DNA of 64,000 nt from Candidatus Omnitrophota bacterium (GTDB taxonomy: Bacteria; Omnitrophota; Gorgyraeia; Gygaellales; Profunditerraquicolaceae), in the NCBI GenBank assembly GCA_028715785.1, contig JAQURC010000002.1, positions 76,322 through 140,321 on the forward strand. The letters are read 5' to 3'. Shown here one piece after another: positions 40,647 to 51,533 of this stretch. Under the pieces are notes generated by a model. It saw only the letters and a program-made list of their open reading frames with translations. It was not told where the DNA came from and made no database searches. Position 1 is the first letter of the stretch, and every line of letters starts with the position of its first letter. Made by a program: the position numbers and the translations under genes.

Positions 40647-41762
40647 ATGAATTTTTATGGCATCTATTCCCAAAATAAAGATTTAAACCTGGGGAAAGCT
40701 TTTAGTTTTATTTCACCTGTCTCTATCCAGGAATCCCTGGAAGAAAATAATCTGGATACAAAGCAGTTCCTGGGGTTACTTTCTCCACAAGCCGAAAATG
40801 ATCTTGAAAGTATGGCCCAGAGAGCGCGGGCAATCACCAGGAATTATTTCGGCAATACCATCCAGCTTTATGCCCCGATGTATCTATCCAACTATTGCGA
40901 TAATTCCTGCCTTTATTGTGGTTTTAACCTGGACAATGAAATTCAAAGGAGAAAGCTTACCCTGGAGGAAGTGGAAAAAGAGGCGCAATTTATTTCCTCT
41001 TCGGGTTTAAAGCACATCCTTATTTTAACCGGGGAATCAAGGCTTCAGAGCCCGGTCAGCTATATCCAGGATTGCGTCAATGTCTTAAAAAAATATTTTA
41101 CTTCGATATCCATTGAAGTGTATCCTTTGACTGAAGATGAATATGTTTGCTTGGTTGCCGGCGGGGTGGATGGCCTGACAATCTATCAAGAAGTATATGA
41201 TGAGCGGCTTTACGCAAAAATGCATATTTTTGGCCCTAAAAAAGATTATCTATTCCGCCTGGATGCCCCGGAAAGAGGCGCAAAAGCCAGGATGAGAAGT
41301 GTTTCTATCGGGACATTGCTTGGTTTAGGTGACTGGAGAAAGGAAGCGTTCTTTCTGGGGTTGCACGCAAAATACCTGCTGGATAAGTTTCCGGATGTAG
41401 AAATTGGGATATCTGTTCCCAGGATTCAGCCGCAGGTCGGAGGTTTTAAACCAATTTGCCGGGTAAGCGACAAAAACCTCGTCCAGATAATTTTGGCTCT
41501 CAGGATTTTTCTGCCCCGGCTTGGGATTACGATCTCAACGCGGGAAAATCCGGAATTCAGGGAGAATCTCATACCCCTTGGTATTACTAGGATGTCGGCA
41601 GGTTCAACGACTAATGTCGGCGGCCACACTCTTTACGGAGAGGAAAAAGGGCAGTCTTCTCAGTTTCAGATCCAGGACCAAAGATCCGTGGGTCAGATTA
41701 AGGCTGCGCTTGAGAGAAAGGGGTATCAGCCGGTTTTTAAGGACTGGTTGTGTTTATTGTAG
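40647..41762 (+). CDS. thiH: 2-iminoacetate synthase ThiH (radical SAM)
   Basis: CDNSCLYCGF CxxxCxxC motif; 371 aa. Confidence 0.8.
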   Translation: MNFYGIYSQNKDLNLGKAFSFISPVSIQESLEENNLDTKQFLGLLSPQAENDLESMAQRARAITRNYFGNTIQLYAPMYLSNYCDNSCLYCGFNLDNEIQRRKLTLEEVEKEAQFISSSGLKHILILTGESRLQSPVSYIQDCVNVLKKYFTSISIEVYPLTEDEYVCLVAGGVDGLTIYQEVYDERLYAKMHIFGPKKDYLFRLDAPERGAKARMRSVSIGTLLGLGDWRKEAFFLGLHAKYLLDKFPDVEIGISVPRIQPQVGGFKPICRVSDKNLVQIILALRIFLPRLGITISTRENPEFRENLIPLGITRMSAGSTTNVGGHTLYGEEKGQSSQFQIQDQRSVGQIKAALERKGYQPVFKDWLCLL

Positions 41763-41807
41763 ATTATTTTTGTTAGATTTTTCGCCTTCCTGCGTCAATT
41801 GGGGCAG

Positions 41808-41858
41808 ACACCCGGCGCTAAGCAGAATTACGCCGGTGCGTGTCTCTACACAGGGAGG
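41808..41858 (+). repeat. intercistronic two-hairpin element, copy 5 (covarying variant)
   Basis: ACACCCGGCGC-TAAGCAGAATTA-CGCCGGTGCGT + GTGT-CTCT-ACAC + AGGGAGG, 8 nt before ATG 41866. Both stems differ in sequence from copies 1-4 yet keep their pairing. Confidence 0.6.
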
Positions 41859-41865
41859 TGACAAA

Positions 41866-43440
41866 ATGCGGAAAATAGTCATTGGTTTTGCCGTGGTTTG
41901 GTTGGGGGCGCTGGCTGGTGTTATTTGGGCCCAGGATCTGAATTGGGATGACCTAAGCAGTGGCAATCATAATGCCCAGGTGATTTTAGTTAACCCAAAC
42001 GATAGCAAAATTATTTTTGCCGGGATGCCGGGGAGCATATTAAAAAGCGAGGATGGCGGCAATAGCTGGCGAACTGTTCTATCCATAAGAAGCGCAGCGC
42101 GCAATATTAATGCTTTAACAATGAATCCTTCAAATCACAATGTCGTTTATGCGGCTGCCGATAATGGCCTATACCGCAGCAATAATTCAGGCGGCCGATG
42201 GGACAGGATATTTAGAGGCAGAAATAATTTAGAGAATCGATGTTTGGCGGTGTTGAATACTCCACTTGCCCTGTTTGCCGGTACCAGCGCCGGACTTTTT
42301 ATAAGCCGGGATAACGGCCGCAGCTGGGATAAGGAAAATAAAATAATCGGCAATACCGCCGTTCTTAACCTTGATTATTGCCATAATCAAAATTCAGTCA
42401 TTTATTTAGCCGCCGCAAGCGGGATATTTAAATCTTCGGATTATGGTAAAAACTGGGAGAGGATTTTTTTGAGTCATCCCGGAGAAGATAATCAGAACGA
42501 ATTTGACGGTGAAGAAGCAGATATTCCGGAGGAGTCATCGGATATCCGTTTTGTAAAGGCAGGTATTAATAACGCAAACCTGGTATATTTTTCATGCGCC
42601 AAAGGAGTTTATCGAAGCTTGGACCAAGGCAGAAGTTGGGATAAATTATCCGAGCATGGTTTGTTAAACCGGGATGTGAAAATGCTTTGTTTATCGGGTA
42701 GCCTTCAGATTTTTGCGCTTAGCCAATCGGGTGTTTTTATTTATGAAGATGGGCGCTGGAGAGAAGTTTCTTTCGGTTTGTCAGCGGGAAAATTAAATTA
42801 TTTTACGTTAGATACTATGGATAATATTTATGTTGCCGCAGAAGGGGGAATATTTAAGGCCAAGCAAGATAGCCAGGCAGTCTTTATCCGGCAGGGTTTA
42901 ATCCAGGAGTATATTAAGGATGAGCCAAAAATAAAAGAGGTACAGGAGGCGGCAATAAAATACGCAGAAGTTGGCCCTGAAAAAATATCTCAATGGAGAA
43001 AGAAAGCGGCAAAAAAAGCGTTATTGCCGCAGGTCAGCGTCGGCCTGGACCGCAACACGACTGACTTATGGCACTGGGAGGGTGGTTCGACTACTAAAAC
43101 CGACGATGATATTCTGCGGCGGGGCAGGGATAACCTGGATTGGGATGTTTCTTTAAGCTGGGATTTAAGCAATTTGATCTGGGATGATGCCCAGACAAGC
43201 ATCGATGTGCGGTCAAAGCTGATGGTGGAGCTGCGCGATGATATTTTAGACCAGGTAAACAAGCTCTATTTTGAGCGCTTGAGGATAAAATCTGAGCTGA
43301 ATAATTTAGCCATTGAAGACAGGAATAAAAGATTCGATAAACAGTTAAAACTTGAGGAGTTAACCGCTTCCCTGGACGCGCTTACATCCGGGTATTACTC
43401 GCAACAACTGCGCAAGTTATCCCCAAAAAAGCAAAGCTAA
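41866..43440 (+). CDS. secreted BNR/Asp-box repeat beta-propeller protein (Ycf48-like) with C-terminal coiled coil
   Basis: Signal peptide; repeated SxDxGxxW motifs (SEDGGNSW, SNNSGGRW, SRDNGRSW, SSDYGKNW, SLDQGRSW). True start at 41866 after GGGAGGTG. Confidence 0.6.
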   Translation: MRKIVIGFAVVWLGALAGVIWAQDLNWDDLSSGNHNAQVILVNPNDSKIIFAGMPGSILKSEDGGNSWRTVLSIRSAARNINALTMNPSNHNVVYAAADNGLYRSNNSGGRWDRIFRGRNNLENRCLAVLNTPLALFAGTSAGLFISRDNGRSWDKENKIIGNTAVLNLDYCHNQNSVIYLAAASGIFKSSDYGKNWERIFLSHPGEDNQNEFDGEEADIPEESSDIRFVKAGINNANLVYFSCAKGVYRSLDQGRSWDKLSEHGLLNRDVKMLCLSGSLQIFALSQSGVFIYEDGRWREVSFGLSAGKLNYFTLDTMDNIYVAAEGGIFKAKQDSQAVFIRQGLIQEYIKDEPKIKEVQEAAIKYAEVGPEKISQWRKKAAKKALLPQVSVGLDRNTTDLWHWEGGSTTKTDDDILRRGRDNLDWDVSLSWDLSNLIWDDAQTSIDVRSKLMVELRDDILDQVNKLYFERLRIKSELNNLAIEDRNKRFDKQLKLEELTASLDALTSGYYSQQLRKLSPKKQS

Positions 43441-43605
43441 TTAGGGAACGTTTCTATTTTTCCTGGTCTCTTGGGGACCCCATTTCCCGATTAGCCAGGA
43501 AACTGTTTCGCCTTTCGCCTTTTTTGCTTGCAATTGTCAAATGTTTGTGATAATTTAAATAAACCTGCCAATTTTATTAACCCTTTTAATACTAAGGAAT
43601 AAAGT

Positions 43606-43929
43606 ATGAGTACTTTACATTTTACGGACGTCAATTTCAAGAAAGAGGTCCTGGAGTCGGATCTGCCGGTTTTAGTCGATTTTTGGGCTGCCTGGTGCGG
43701 CCCGTGCAAGATGATCGCTCCTTTTATCGATGATCTGGCCAAGGAATATGCCGGAAAAATGAAAATCGGTAAAGTGGATGTTGATTCCAATTCTAAAGTA
43801 GTTACCCAATACGGGGTGATGTCAATACCGACGGTAATAATCTTTAAAAAGGGCAGGGTGATGAGCCAGCTGGTCGGAGCGGTAAGCAAGCTTGATTTGA
43901 AGCATAAAATAGAAGAAAACCTACAGTAA
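43606..43929 (+). CDS. trxA: thioredoxin
   Basis: WAAWCGPCK active site; 107 aa. Confidence 0.9.
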   Translation: MSTLHFTDVNFKKEVLESDLPVLVDFWAAWCGPCKMIAPFIDDLAKEYAGKMKIGKVDVDSNSKVVTQYGVMSIPTVIIFKKGRVMSQLVGAVSKLDLKHKIEENLQ

Positions 43930-45017
43930 TGCGCAAGATCTTTATCGCCGCCACCAAACAAAATGACGGCAAAACCACGGTTTCCCTGGGGATAATCAGG
44001 AACCTGCAGCAGAAATTCGGCAGAGTCGGTTTTATCAAGCCGATCGGCCAAAGGTATCTTGAAGAAGAAGGCTTAAAGATCGATGAAGATTCGGTTCTTA
44101 TCGAGGAGGTTTGCGGGATAAAATGCGGGCTTAAAGATATGAGCCCGATCGCGGTGGAAAAAGGCTTTACCGAAAAATATATTGCCAAGCCGGATAAAAA
44201 TAATATTTCCAGGCAGATCCAGGATTCTTTCCGCAGGATCTCTAAAAACCAGGAGCTGGTGGTAATCGAGGGGACAGGCCATGCCGGAGTGGGCTCGGTA
44301 TTTGACCACTCTAATGCGGCTGTCGCCAAACTTTTGGGCTCCAAGGTAATTATCATCTCTTCCGGAGGAGTCGGCCGCCCGATAGACGAGATAGTTTTAA
44401 ATAAGGCGCTTTTTGAAAAAGAGGGGGTCAAGGTTTTGGGGGTGATTATCAATAAGGTCCTTCCCGGAAAATTCGAGAAGATTAACCGCCTGGTAAGAAA
44501 GGGCCTGGAGAGAAAGGGGATCGACGTGTTAGGCGTGCTCCCTTATGACCCCATGCTGGCAAAGCCTTCGATTGAACAGATCTTGGAAGAAACGGATTTT
44601 GAAGTCCTTTGCGGAGAGCAATATCTGGAGCGGTCGGTGGCCAAAGTGATTGTCGCGGCAATGGAGCCGCGCGATGCCGAGCGCTATATCACCGAAGACG
44701 CCCTGATGATTACTCCCGGCGACCGGGAGGATATGATTAATATTGCTCTTAACTGTTTTCGTGATTCCGGCAGTAAAAAATTGAAGATTTGCGGGATAGT
44801 TTTGACTTGCGGCATTACTCCGCAAGGGCCGATTATGGAACTTTTAGCAAAAGCCGAGATTCCGGTTTTATTGGCTGACTCCGATACTTATGATGTGGCT
44901 ACTTGCGTGCACGATCTAACGGTAAAGATCAGGCCATGCGATACTGAAAAAATTAACGCCGTAGTAAAATTAATGAAAGAGAATGTGGATTTCAATAAAA
45001 TTTTGAAAGGGATTTAA
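43929..45017 (+). CDS. phosphotransacetylase N-terminal-type domain protein (P-loop/CobQ-like + DRTGG), standalone
   Basis: ATKQNDGKTTVSLG P-loop; resembles the about 350-aa N-terminal region of long Pta enzymes. Separate gene, 1 nt before the pta catalytic gene. Confidence 0.55.
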   Translation: MRKIFIAATKQNDGKTTVSLGIIRNLQQKFGRVGFIKPIGQRYLEEEGLKIDEDSVLIEEVCGIKCGLKDMSPIAVEKGFTEKYIAKPDKNNISRQIQDSFRRISKNQELVVIEGTGHAGVGSVFDHSNAAVAKLLGSKVIIISSGGVGRPIDEIVLNKALFEKEGVKVLGVIINKVLPGKFEKINRLVRKGLERKGIDVLGVLPYDPMLAKPSIEQILEETDFEVLCGEQYLERSVAKVIVAAMEPRDAERYITEDALMITPGDREDMINIALNCFRDSGSKKLKICGIVLTCGITPQGPIMELLAKAEIPVLLADSDTYDVATCVHDLTVKIRPCDTEKINAVVKLMKENVDFNKILKGI

Positions 45018-45018
45018 G

Positions 45019-45948
45019 ATGGATGCTGTCATGAGGATCAGGAAGCTGGCGAAAAGAAAAATCAAAACGATAGTTTTGCCGGAATACGATGACGATCGGA
45101 CGCTTGAGGCCGCCCGGATTATTGAAAAGGAGAAGTTAGCCAAGCCTTTGGTTTTGACTCCGGATATGGTCGATAAGAATGAATTGGAGCGTTACATCGA
45201 GGGGTATTATAAATTATACCAGTCAAAAGATATCGATTTGGACACGGTCAAAAAACTTTTTTCGGATAATCTCTATTATGCGGCGATGATGACCAGAGAA
45301 GGAAAGGCCGACGGCCTGGTTGCCGGAGCAATCCATACTACCGCGGATATGGCCCGCGCCTGTATCCGTTGTATCGGCTTGGAAGAAAGGTTTACCATTG
45401 CTTCAAGTTGTTTTATTATGGATGTGCCCAACTGCCAGTATGGCGATAACGGCACATTTATTTTTGCCGATTGCGGAGTTATCCCCGATCCTAATGCCCG
45501 CCAGCTATCCTGCATTGCTTTAACCGCCGCGGAACTGGCCGCTAAAGTCCTGGATCTTACTCCGCGCGTGGCATTTTTGAGTTATTCCACGAAAGGATCG
45601 GCAAAAACAAAATCTGCCGAAAAAATCAGCCAGGCCCTGGCTTCACTCAGAGAGTTATCGCCGACAATATTAGCTGACGGAGAAATCCAGGCGGACGCGG
45701 CAATTGTCCCGGAAGTTGCCAGGATAAAATGCCCGGACAGCCCGATTAACGGAGAGGCGAACGTGCTGATTTTTCCAAACCTGGAAGCCGGCAATATCAG
45801 CTATAAGCTTGTGCAGCGGCTAAGCGGATGCCGGGCAATCGGGCCGCTATTTTTGGGTTTAAATAAACCGGCAAGTGATTTATCGCGCGGTTGTTTCGTC
45901 GAAGATATCGTTGACAGCGTGGCAGTTACGGCAATCAGGGCGCAATGA
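45019..45948 (+). CDS. pta: phosphate acetyltransferase (catalytic PTA_PTB domain)
   Basis: 309 aa; SYSTKGSAK and GNISYKL motifs. Confidence 0.8.
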   Translation: MDAVMRIRKLAKRKIKTIVLPEYDDDRTLEAARIIEKEKLAKPLVLTPDMVDKNELERYIEGYYKLYQSKDIDLDTVKKLFSDNLYYAAMMTREGKADGLVAGAIHTTADMARACIRCIGLEERFTIASSCFIMDVPNCQYGDNGTFIFADCGVIPDPNARQLSCIALTAAELAAKVLDLTPRVAFLSYSTKGSAKTKSAEKISQALASLRELSPTILADGEIQADAAIVPEVARIKCPDSPINGEANVLIFPNLEAGNISYKLVQRLSGCRAIGPLFLGLNKPASDLSRGCFVEDIVDSVAVTAIRAQ

Positions 45949-47009
45949 TGAAGATACTGGTAATTAACAGCGGAAGCTCATCGATTAAATATAAACTTTT
46001 TGATATGCCTTCCCAGCGCCTGATTACAAAAGGATTGATCGATCGTATCGGTGAAGCAGGTTCAAAGTTTAGCAACCATTATTCAGGTTTAAAGGTCATA
46101 CTGGAGAAGATCAAATCGGTGGACGCGGTGGGCCATCGCGTAGTCCACGGAGCGGAAAAATTTAAAAAGCCCACACTGGTTGACCAAAACGTGATTAAGG
46201 GGATTAAAAAATGCTGCGCGATCGCTCCTTTGCATAATCCGGCAAATTTATCGGGTATACTTGCCTGCCAAAAGCTTCTGCCCGGGACAAAACAGGTTGC
46301 GGTTTTTGATACCGCGTTCCACCAGAGCATCCCGGAGCATGCTTATATCTACGGGTTGCCGTATGAGTATTATCAAAGATTAGGTGCCCGAAAATATGGT
46401 TTTCACGGCACCAGCCACGAGTATGTTGCCGCCGAGGCCAGCCGTATTTTAAAGAAACCTCTGAATAAGTTAAAATTGATTACCTGCCACCTGGGCAATG
46501 GCTGCAGTATTACCGCTATTGACAAAGGCAAATCCGTTGATACCAGCATGGGCTTTACTCCTTTAGAGGGCTTGGTTATGGGCACCCGCTGCGGCGATAC
46601 GGACCCGGCCTTAATCATTCATATTATGCGCAAGAAAAAATTGGATACCAAACAAATGGACCGTATTTTGAATAAAGAAAGCGGGTTAAAAGGGATATCC
46701 GGCATCAGCAATGATGTGCGTTTGCTGGAGGAGAAGGTAGGCGCCGGGAACAAGCGGGCCAAACTGGCTTTGGATATATTTGTTTACCGGATCAGGAAAT
46801 ATATCGGCGCCTACCTGTCGGTTTTAGGCGGGCTTGACGCTTTGATATTTACCGCAGGTATCGGCGAGAACCAGGCTGATATCAGGGAGAATATTTGCCG
46901 CGGCTTGTTTGGCTGCTTAGGAAAAAAACCAAAAATCATGATAATCCCTACGAATGAAGAGCTGATGATCGCCCGGCAGACCTTTAAGTTGATAACACGC
47001 CGCGCTTAG
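45945..47009 (+). CDS. ackA: acetate kinase
   Basis: ILVINSGSSSIKYKLFDM, HRVVHG, PTNEELMIARQT. The stop codon lies inside element copy 3. Confidence 0.85.
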   Translation: MMKILVINSGSSSIKYKLFDMPSQRLITKGLIDRIGEAGSKFSNHYSGLKVILEKIKSVDAVGHRVVHGAEKFKKPTLVDQNVIKGIKKCCAIAPLHNPANLSGILACQKLLPGTKQVAVFDTAFHQSIPEHAYIYGLPYEYYQRLGARKYGFHGTSHEYVAAEASRILKKPLNKLKLITCHLGNGCSITAIDKGKSVDTSMGFTPLEGLVMGTRCGDTDPALIIHIMRKKKLDTKQMDRILNKESGLKGISGISNDVRLLEEKVGAGNKRAKLALDIFVYRIRKYIGAYLSVLGGLDALIFTAGIGENQADIRENICRGLFGCLGKKPKIMIIPTNEELMIARQTFKLITRRA

Positions 47010-47064
47010 CGGAATTGCGCGCCTGCCTGCCGGCAGGCAGGGGTGTGCCCTTCTGGGCAAGGAG
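46996..47064 (+). repeat. intercistronic two-hairpin element, copy 3 (with nested 20-bp palindrome insertion)
   Basis: CACGCCGCGC-TTAGCGGAATT-GCGCG [CCTGCCTGCC|GGCAGGCAGG] GGTG + GCCC-TTCT-GGGC + AAGGAG, then ATG of panD at 47073. Confidence 0.65.
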
Positions 47065-47072
47065 AAAATAGA

Positions 47073-47423
47073 ATGTTAAGGACAATGTTAAAATCAAAGA
47101 TCCACCGGGCAACCGTAACCGAGGCCAACCTTTATTATGAAGGCAGTATCACCATTGATGCCGATTTGATCCGGGCAGCCGATATCCTGGAGCACGAAAA
47201 AGTGGAGGTGTTGAACCTTAATAACGGCCAGCGTATTGAAACTTATGTGATTAAAGGCAAGGCCGGCAGCGGGGTGATTTGCCTGAATGGGCCGGCAGCC
47301 CGCGGTTCATGCCCCGGCGACACCGTGATTATTGTTTCGTACGTATCAGTGGAAGATAAGGAAACCAAATCTTTAAAGCCCAAGATCATTAAAGTAAATG
47401 CCAGGAACAAAATTAAAAATTAG
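47073..47423 (+). CDS. panD: aspartate 1-decarboxylase
   Basis: [29 protein letters not shown] (pyruvoyl Gly-Ser cleavage site). Confidence 0.85.
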   Translation: MLRTMLKSKIHRATVTEANLYYEGSITIDADLIRAADILEHEKVEVLNLNNGQRIETYVIKGKAGSGVICLNGPAARGSCPGDTVIIVSYVSVEDKETKSLKPKIIKVNARNKIKN

Positions 47424-47916
47424 AGTATTCGGCGACCCTGTTTTACGCAAAAAGGCAAGGCCGGTCAGCAGGATTACTGGCGAACACCGGGAGATCTTAA
47501 GCCAGATGTCCGGCTCCATGTATGAAGGAGGCGGCATCGGTTTGGCTGCTCCGCAAATCGGCATAAGCGCGCAATTAATTGTCGTAGATATCGGAGAAGG
47601 GCTTTATAAATTAATTAACCCTAAGATTGTCAAGAAGCTGGGGTCGCAGGCTATCCAGGAGGGTTGTTTGAGCGTGCCCGGCGTTTGTATAAAGGTCAAG
47701 CGCGCCCGGCAGGTTTGGGTGGAGGCCAAAGATGAAAATAATAATTTGGTAAACATTCACGCCAGGGATCTTTTTGCCTGTGTTTTACAGCATGAGATCG
47801 ACCACTTGAAAGGCAAGCTGATAATTGATTACGCCTCATTCCTGGAAAAGTTACGGATTAAAAGAAAACTGGCGGCGCTAAAAACAACTGCCAAAGCCTG
47901 TAAATTACAGCTTTAA
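47398..47916 (+). CDS. def: peptide deformylase
   Basis: [22 protein letters not shown] motifs. Confidence 0.85.
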   Translation: MPGTKLKIRVFGDPVLRKKARPVSRITGEHREILSQMSGSMYEGGGIGLAAPQIGISAQLIVVDIGEGLYKLINPKIVKKLGSQAIQEGCLSVPGVCIKVKRARQVWVEAKDENNNLVNIHARDLFACVLQHEIDHLKGKLIIDYASFLEKLRIKRKLAALKTTAKACKLQL

Positions 47917-47937
47917 TGAAAAGAGGGAATTAGATCA

Positions 47938-48849
47938 ATGCTTGATTTAATTATTATCGGAGGCGGGCCGGCGGGATTGACCGCGGCTATCTATGCCGGG
48001 CGCAGCCGGCTTGAGACATTGTTGATTGAGAAACTGGCTGTCGGCGGCAGGATCCTGATGAGCGAGACCATTGAAAATTATCCGGGTTTTCCCGGAGGGG
48101 TCTCTACGCAGGAGTTGATGGGGCGCATGGAAGCGCAAGTTAAAGAGTTAGGGGTAAAAATCGTAAGCGATGAAGTTTTAGATCTGGACTGCCATAAGAA
48201 AACGGTTAAGGTAACAAATGAAATTTATCAAGCCCGCGCGGTTATAATTGCCAGCGGAGCCAGGCCGCGTAAGTTAAATATACCGGGTGAGGAGAAATAT
48301 ACCGGCCGGGGTGTTTCTTACTGCGCTACCTGCGACGGGCCTTTTTTTAAAGAAAAGAAAGTGGTCATTGTCGGAGGAGGGAACGCGGTTGCCGAAGAAG
48401 CGATATATTTGAGCCGTTTTGCCAGCTCGGTGAGCGTAATCCACCGCCGCCAGGACCTGCGCGCTGCCGCGATACTTCAGGAAAAAATGCAGGAGAATAA
48501 AAAAATAAATTTTATTTTAAGCAGCGTGGTCACCGGGATTAAAGGATTGCAAAAGGTGGAGGCGGTTACGATCAAGGATGTCGCAAGCGGTAAAGAAAAG
48601 GATTTTAATTGCGACGGAGTTTTTATCTACATTGGCTATGAGCCGGAAACAACTTTCCTGAAAGGTAAATTAGGAATGGATGAAGCCGGATTTATGGTTA
48701 CGGATGAGAATATGGCTACTTCTGCCGAAGGCGTATTTGCTTGCGGCGATTGCCGTAAAAAAGGGTTATATCAGGTGATTAACGCTTGTGCTGACGGGGC
48801 AGTGGCAGCTGATTCCGCCTACAAGTTTATCGCAGCTAAGGGTAAATAG
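47938..48849 (+). CDS. trxB: thioredoxin reductase
   Basis: IIGGGPAG FAD site; CATC redox motif. Confidence 0.85.
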   Translation: MLDLIIIGGGPAGLTAAIYAGRSRLETLLIEKLAVGGRILMSETIENYPGFPGGVSTQELMGRMEAQVKELGVKIVSDEVLDLDCHKKTVKVTNEIYQARAVIIASGARPRKLNIPGEEKYTGRGVSYCATCDGPFFKEKKVVIVGGGNAVAEEAIYLSRFASSVSVIHRRQDLRAAAILQEKMQENKKINFILSSVVTGIKGLQKVEAVTIKDVASGKEKDFNCDGVFIYIGYEPETTFLKGKLGMDEAGFMVTDENMATSAEGVFACGDCRKKGLYQVINACADGAVAADSAYKFIAAKGK

Positions 48850-50646
48850 ATGAATAAGGTTCCGACAACCAATAAAAAGCTTATCGATTGGGTAAATAAA
48901 ATGGCCAAGCTTTGCGGGCCGCAGGATATTGTCTGGATCGACGGCAGCGAAGAGCAAAAATTAGCTTTGGAAAAACAATCGGTGAGCTCCGGTGAATTGA
49001 TCCGTTTGAACCAGGAAAAACTGCCGGGTTGTTTTTTGCACCGCACTGCCCACGATGATGTCGCCCGTACCGAACACCTGACTTTTATCTGCACTAAGAA
49101 GAAACACGATGCCGGGCCGAATAATAACTGGATGTCGCCGGCTTTGGCATACCGGAAAGCCAAAGCCATATTTAAAGGAGCTATGGCCGGCAGGACAATG
49201 TATGTTATTCCTTTTTCAATGGGGCCGGTGGGTTCTCCTTTTAGCAAAATCGGAGTAGAGCTGACTGATTCCCGATACGTAGTTTTGAATATGTTGATTA
49301 TGACCCGTTGCGGAGAGCCGGTTTTAAGGCAGCTTGAAAAAGACGACGGTTTTACCAAATGCCTTCACTCTAAAGCCCAATTAGATATCAAAAAGAGATT
49401 AATTTTACATTTTCCGGAGGATAATACTATTTGGAGCGTAGGTTCCGGTTACGGCGGAAATGTCCTCTTGGGCAAGAAATGCCTTTCCCTGCGGATTGCC
49501 AGTTTTATCGCCAGGAAAGAAAAGTGGATGGCTGAGCATATGCTGATTATGGGTATCGAGGAGCCCAACGGCCATGTTGAATATATCGCCGCGGCTTTTC
49601 CCAGCGCTTGCGGAAAAACAAACCTGGCGATGACGATCCCTCCGGAAGGGCTTAAAAATAAAGGTTACCGTATTTGGACCGTGGGTGATGATATTGCCTG
49701 GATACGGGTTGATTCCGATGGTTCTCTTTGGGCGATTAACCCGGAAACCGGTTTTTTTGGGGTTGCTCCCGGAACAAACTCCAAAGCAAATCCAAATATG
49801 GTCGAAACTATTAAAAAAGACACTATTTATACAAACGTTCTTTTAAAGCCGGATAATACGGTTTGGTGGGAAGGGGCTGACGGAGAAGTGCCCAGCCAGG
49901 GTATCGATTGGAAAGGCCATCCTTGGAAACCAAATACTTTGGACGCGCAAGGCAAAGTGGTTAAAGGCGCCCATCCTAATTCGCGTTTTACCACTCCGAT
50001 TACTAACTGTCCTTCGGCGTCATTCCGCCTGGAGCAGCATCACGGTGTGCCGATTTCGGCGATTGTTTTTGGAGGAAGGCGGGAGCATGTCGCTCCGCTG
50101 GTTTATGAATCATTTAATTGGCAGCACGGCGTCTTTGTCGGGGCGACGATGGGCTCAGAGTTAACTGCCGCCCAGGTTGGTAAGCTGGGGCAGGTACGCC
50201 GGGATCCCATGGCCATGCTTCCTTTTTGCGGCTATAATATGGCGAAATATTTTCAGCATTGGTTAAATATGGGTAAGTTGATGGCCAAGCAGCCAAAGAT
50301 CTTTCACGTGAACTGGTTTCGCACGGACGATCAAGGCAAGTTTTTATGGCCGGGATTCTGCGAAAATCTAAGGATCTTAGAATGGATATTGGACCGCTGT
50401 AATAATAAAGTAAACGCGATGCAAACCCCGATAGGCTATCTTCCTTACGCGTTTGATATTGACCTGACCGGCCTTAATCTTGCCGAGGGGGCGCTGGAAA
50501 AATTATTTAAGATCAACAAGGATGAATGGCTGGAGGAGTTAAAGGGAGTAAATAAATTCTTTGGTGATTTTAAGAAGGACCTGCCCAAAGAGCTGTGGAA
50601 TGAGTATTACGCCTTATTGGAAAGGTTTAAGCGTTATGGGCAGTAA
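48850..50646 (+). CDS. pckG: phosphoenolpyruvate carboxykinase (GTP)
   Basis: [12 protein letters not shown] kinase P-loop; 598 aa. Confidence 0.85.
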   Translation: MNKVPTTNKKLIDWVNKMAKLCGPQDIVWIDGSEEQKLALEKQSVSSGELIRLNQEKLPGCFLHRTAHDDVARTEHLTFICTKKKHDAGPNNNWMSPALAYRKAKAIFKGAMAGRTMYVIPFSMGPVGSPFSKIGVELTDSRYVVLNMLIMTRCGEPVLRQLEKDDGFTKCLHSKAQLDIKKRLILHFPEDNTIWSVGSGYGGNVLLGKKCLSLRIASFIARKEKWMAEHMLIMGIEEPNGHVEYIAAAFPSACGKTNLAMTIPPEGLKNKGYRIWTVGDDIAWIRVDSDGSLWAINPETGFFGVAPGTNSKANPNMVETIKKDTIYTNVLLKPDNTVWWEGADGEVPSQGIDWKGHPWKPNTLDAQGKVVKGAHPNSRFTTPITNCPSASFRLEQHHGVPISAIVFGGRREHVAPLVYESFNWQHGVFVGATMGSELTAAQVGKLGQVRRDPMAMLPFCGYNMAKYFQHWLNMGKLMAKQPKIFHVNWFRTDDQGKFLWPGFCENLRILEWILDRCNNKVNAMQTPIGYLPYAFDIDLTGLNLAEGALEKLFKINKDEWLEELKGVNKFFGDFKKDLPKELWNEYYALLERFKRYGQ

Positions 50647-51520
50647 TGTCCTTTTAAAAACCGACTTTAGAGATTTAAAGCTTTTTCGCCGCGGTAAAGT
50701 CAGGGATGTTTATGATTTAGGGGACAAGCTTTTAATTGTTTCTACCGACCGCATATCCTGTTTTGACGTTGTTTTGCCTTGCGGCATACCCGATAAGGGC
50801 AAGGTCTTAACCGCTATATCTGAATTCTGGTTTGATTTTATCAAAGATATAATCCCGCACCATTTAATTACTACTGAGGTCGATAAATTTCCCCTTGACC
50901 TGAAAAAATATAAATCGGATTTAGCCGGCCGCTCGATGCTGGTTTTAAAAACCAAGCCTTTGCCGGTTGAGTGCGTAGTGAGGGGTTATCTTTGCGGTTC
51001 AGCCTGGAAAGAATATCAAAAAAAGCAGTCAGTTTGCGGTATCAGCCTGCCTAAGGGTTTAAGGGAATCGGATAAGCTGCCGGAAGCGATATTTACTCCG
51101 TCGACTAAGGCGGATGCCGGGCATGATCAAAATGTTGACCAGAAATATGTCGAGGATTTAATAGGAGTGGATATGGCGGCAGGCTTGAAGAAAATAAGCA
51201 TAGATGTTTACCGCAAGGCCAGCGTTTATGCTTTACAAAAAGGGATTATTATTGCCGATACCAAATTTGAGTTTGGCATACATAACGGCCGCCTGATTAT
51301 TATCGATGAGGTGCTTACTCCGGATTCATCGCGTTTCTGGCCGCTGGATGGATATCAGCCGGGAGGCTCCCAGCCGAGCTTTGATAAACAATTTGTGCGC
51401 GATTACCTCGAGACCCTGGATTGGGATAAGACCCCGCCTGCTCCGGGGCTACCCGAAGAAATAATCAATAAGACAAGGGAAAAATACCTGGATGCTTACC
51501 GGAAATTGACCGCAAAATAA
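50636..51520 (+). CDS. purC: SAICAR synthetase
   Basis: [29 protein letters not shown]; true start MGSNVLLK at 50636. Confidence 0.8.
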   Translation: MGSNVLLKTDFRDLKLFRRGKVRDVYDLGDKLLIVSTDRISCFDVVLPCGIPDKGKVLTAISEFWFDFIKDIIPHHLITTEVDKFPLDLKKYKSDLAGRSMLVLKTKPLPVECVVRGYLCGSAWKEYQKKQSVCGISLPKGLRESDKLPEAIFTPSTKADAGHDQNVDQKYVEDLIGVDMAAGLKKISIDVYRKASVYALQKGIIIADTKFEFGIHNGRLIIIDEVLTPDSSRFWPLDGYQPGGSQPSFDKQFVRDYLETLDWDKTPPAPGLPEEIINKTREKYLDAYRKLTAK

Positions 51521-51533
51521 ATTCAAGCTAAAA

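Noticed and set aside
41521-41865. N-terminal extension of the BNR ORF overlapping thiH
   Set aside because: It overlaps conserved thiH codons and the repeat element. A proper RBS (GGGAGGTG) and signal peptide begin at 41866.
43491-44452. Two minus-strand ORFs (186 and 202 aa)
   Set aside because: Antisense to trxA (WCGPC) and to the Pta N-domain gene.
48819-49358. 179-aa minus-strand ORF
   Set aside because: Antisense to pckG.
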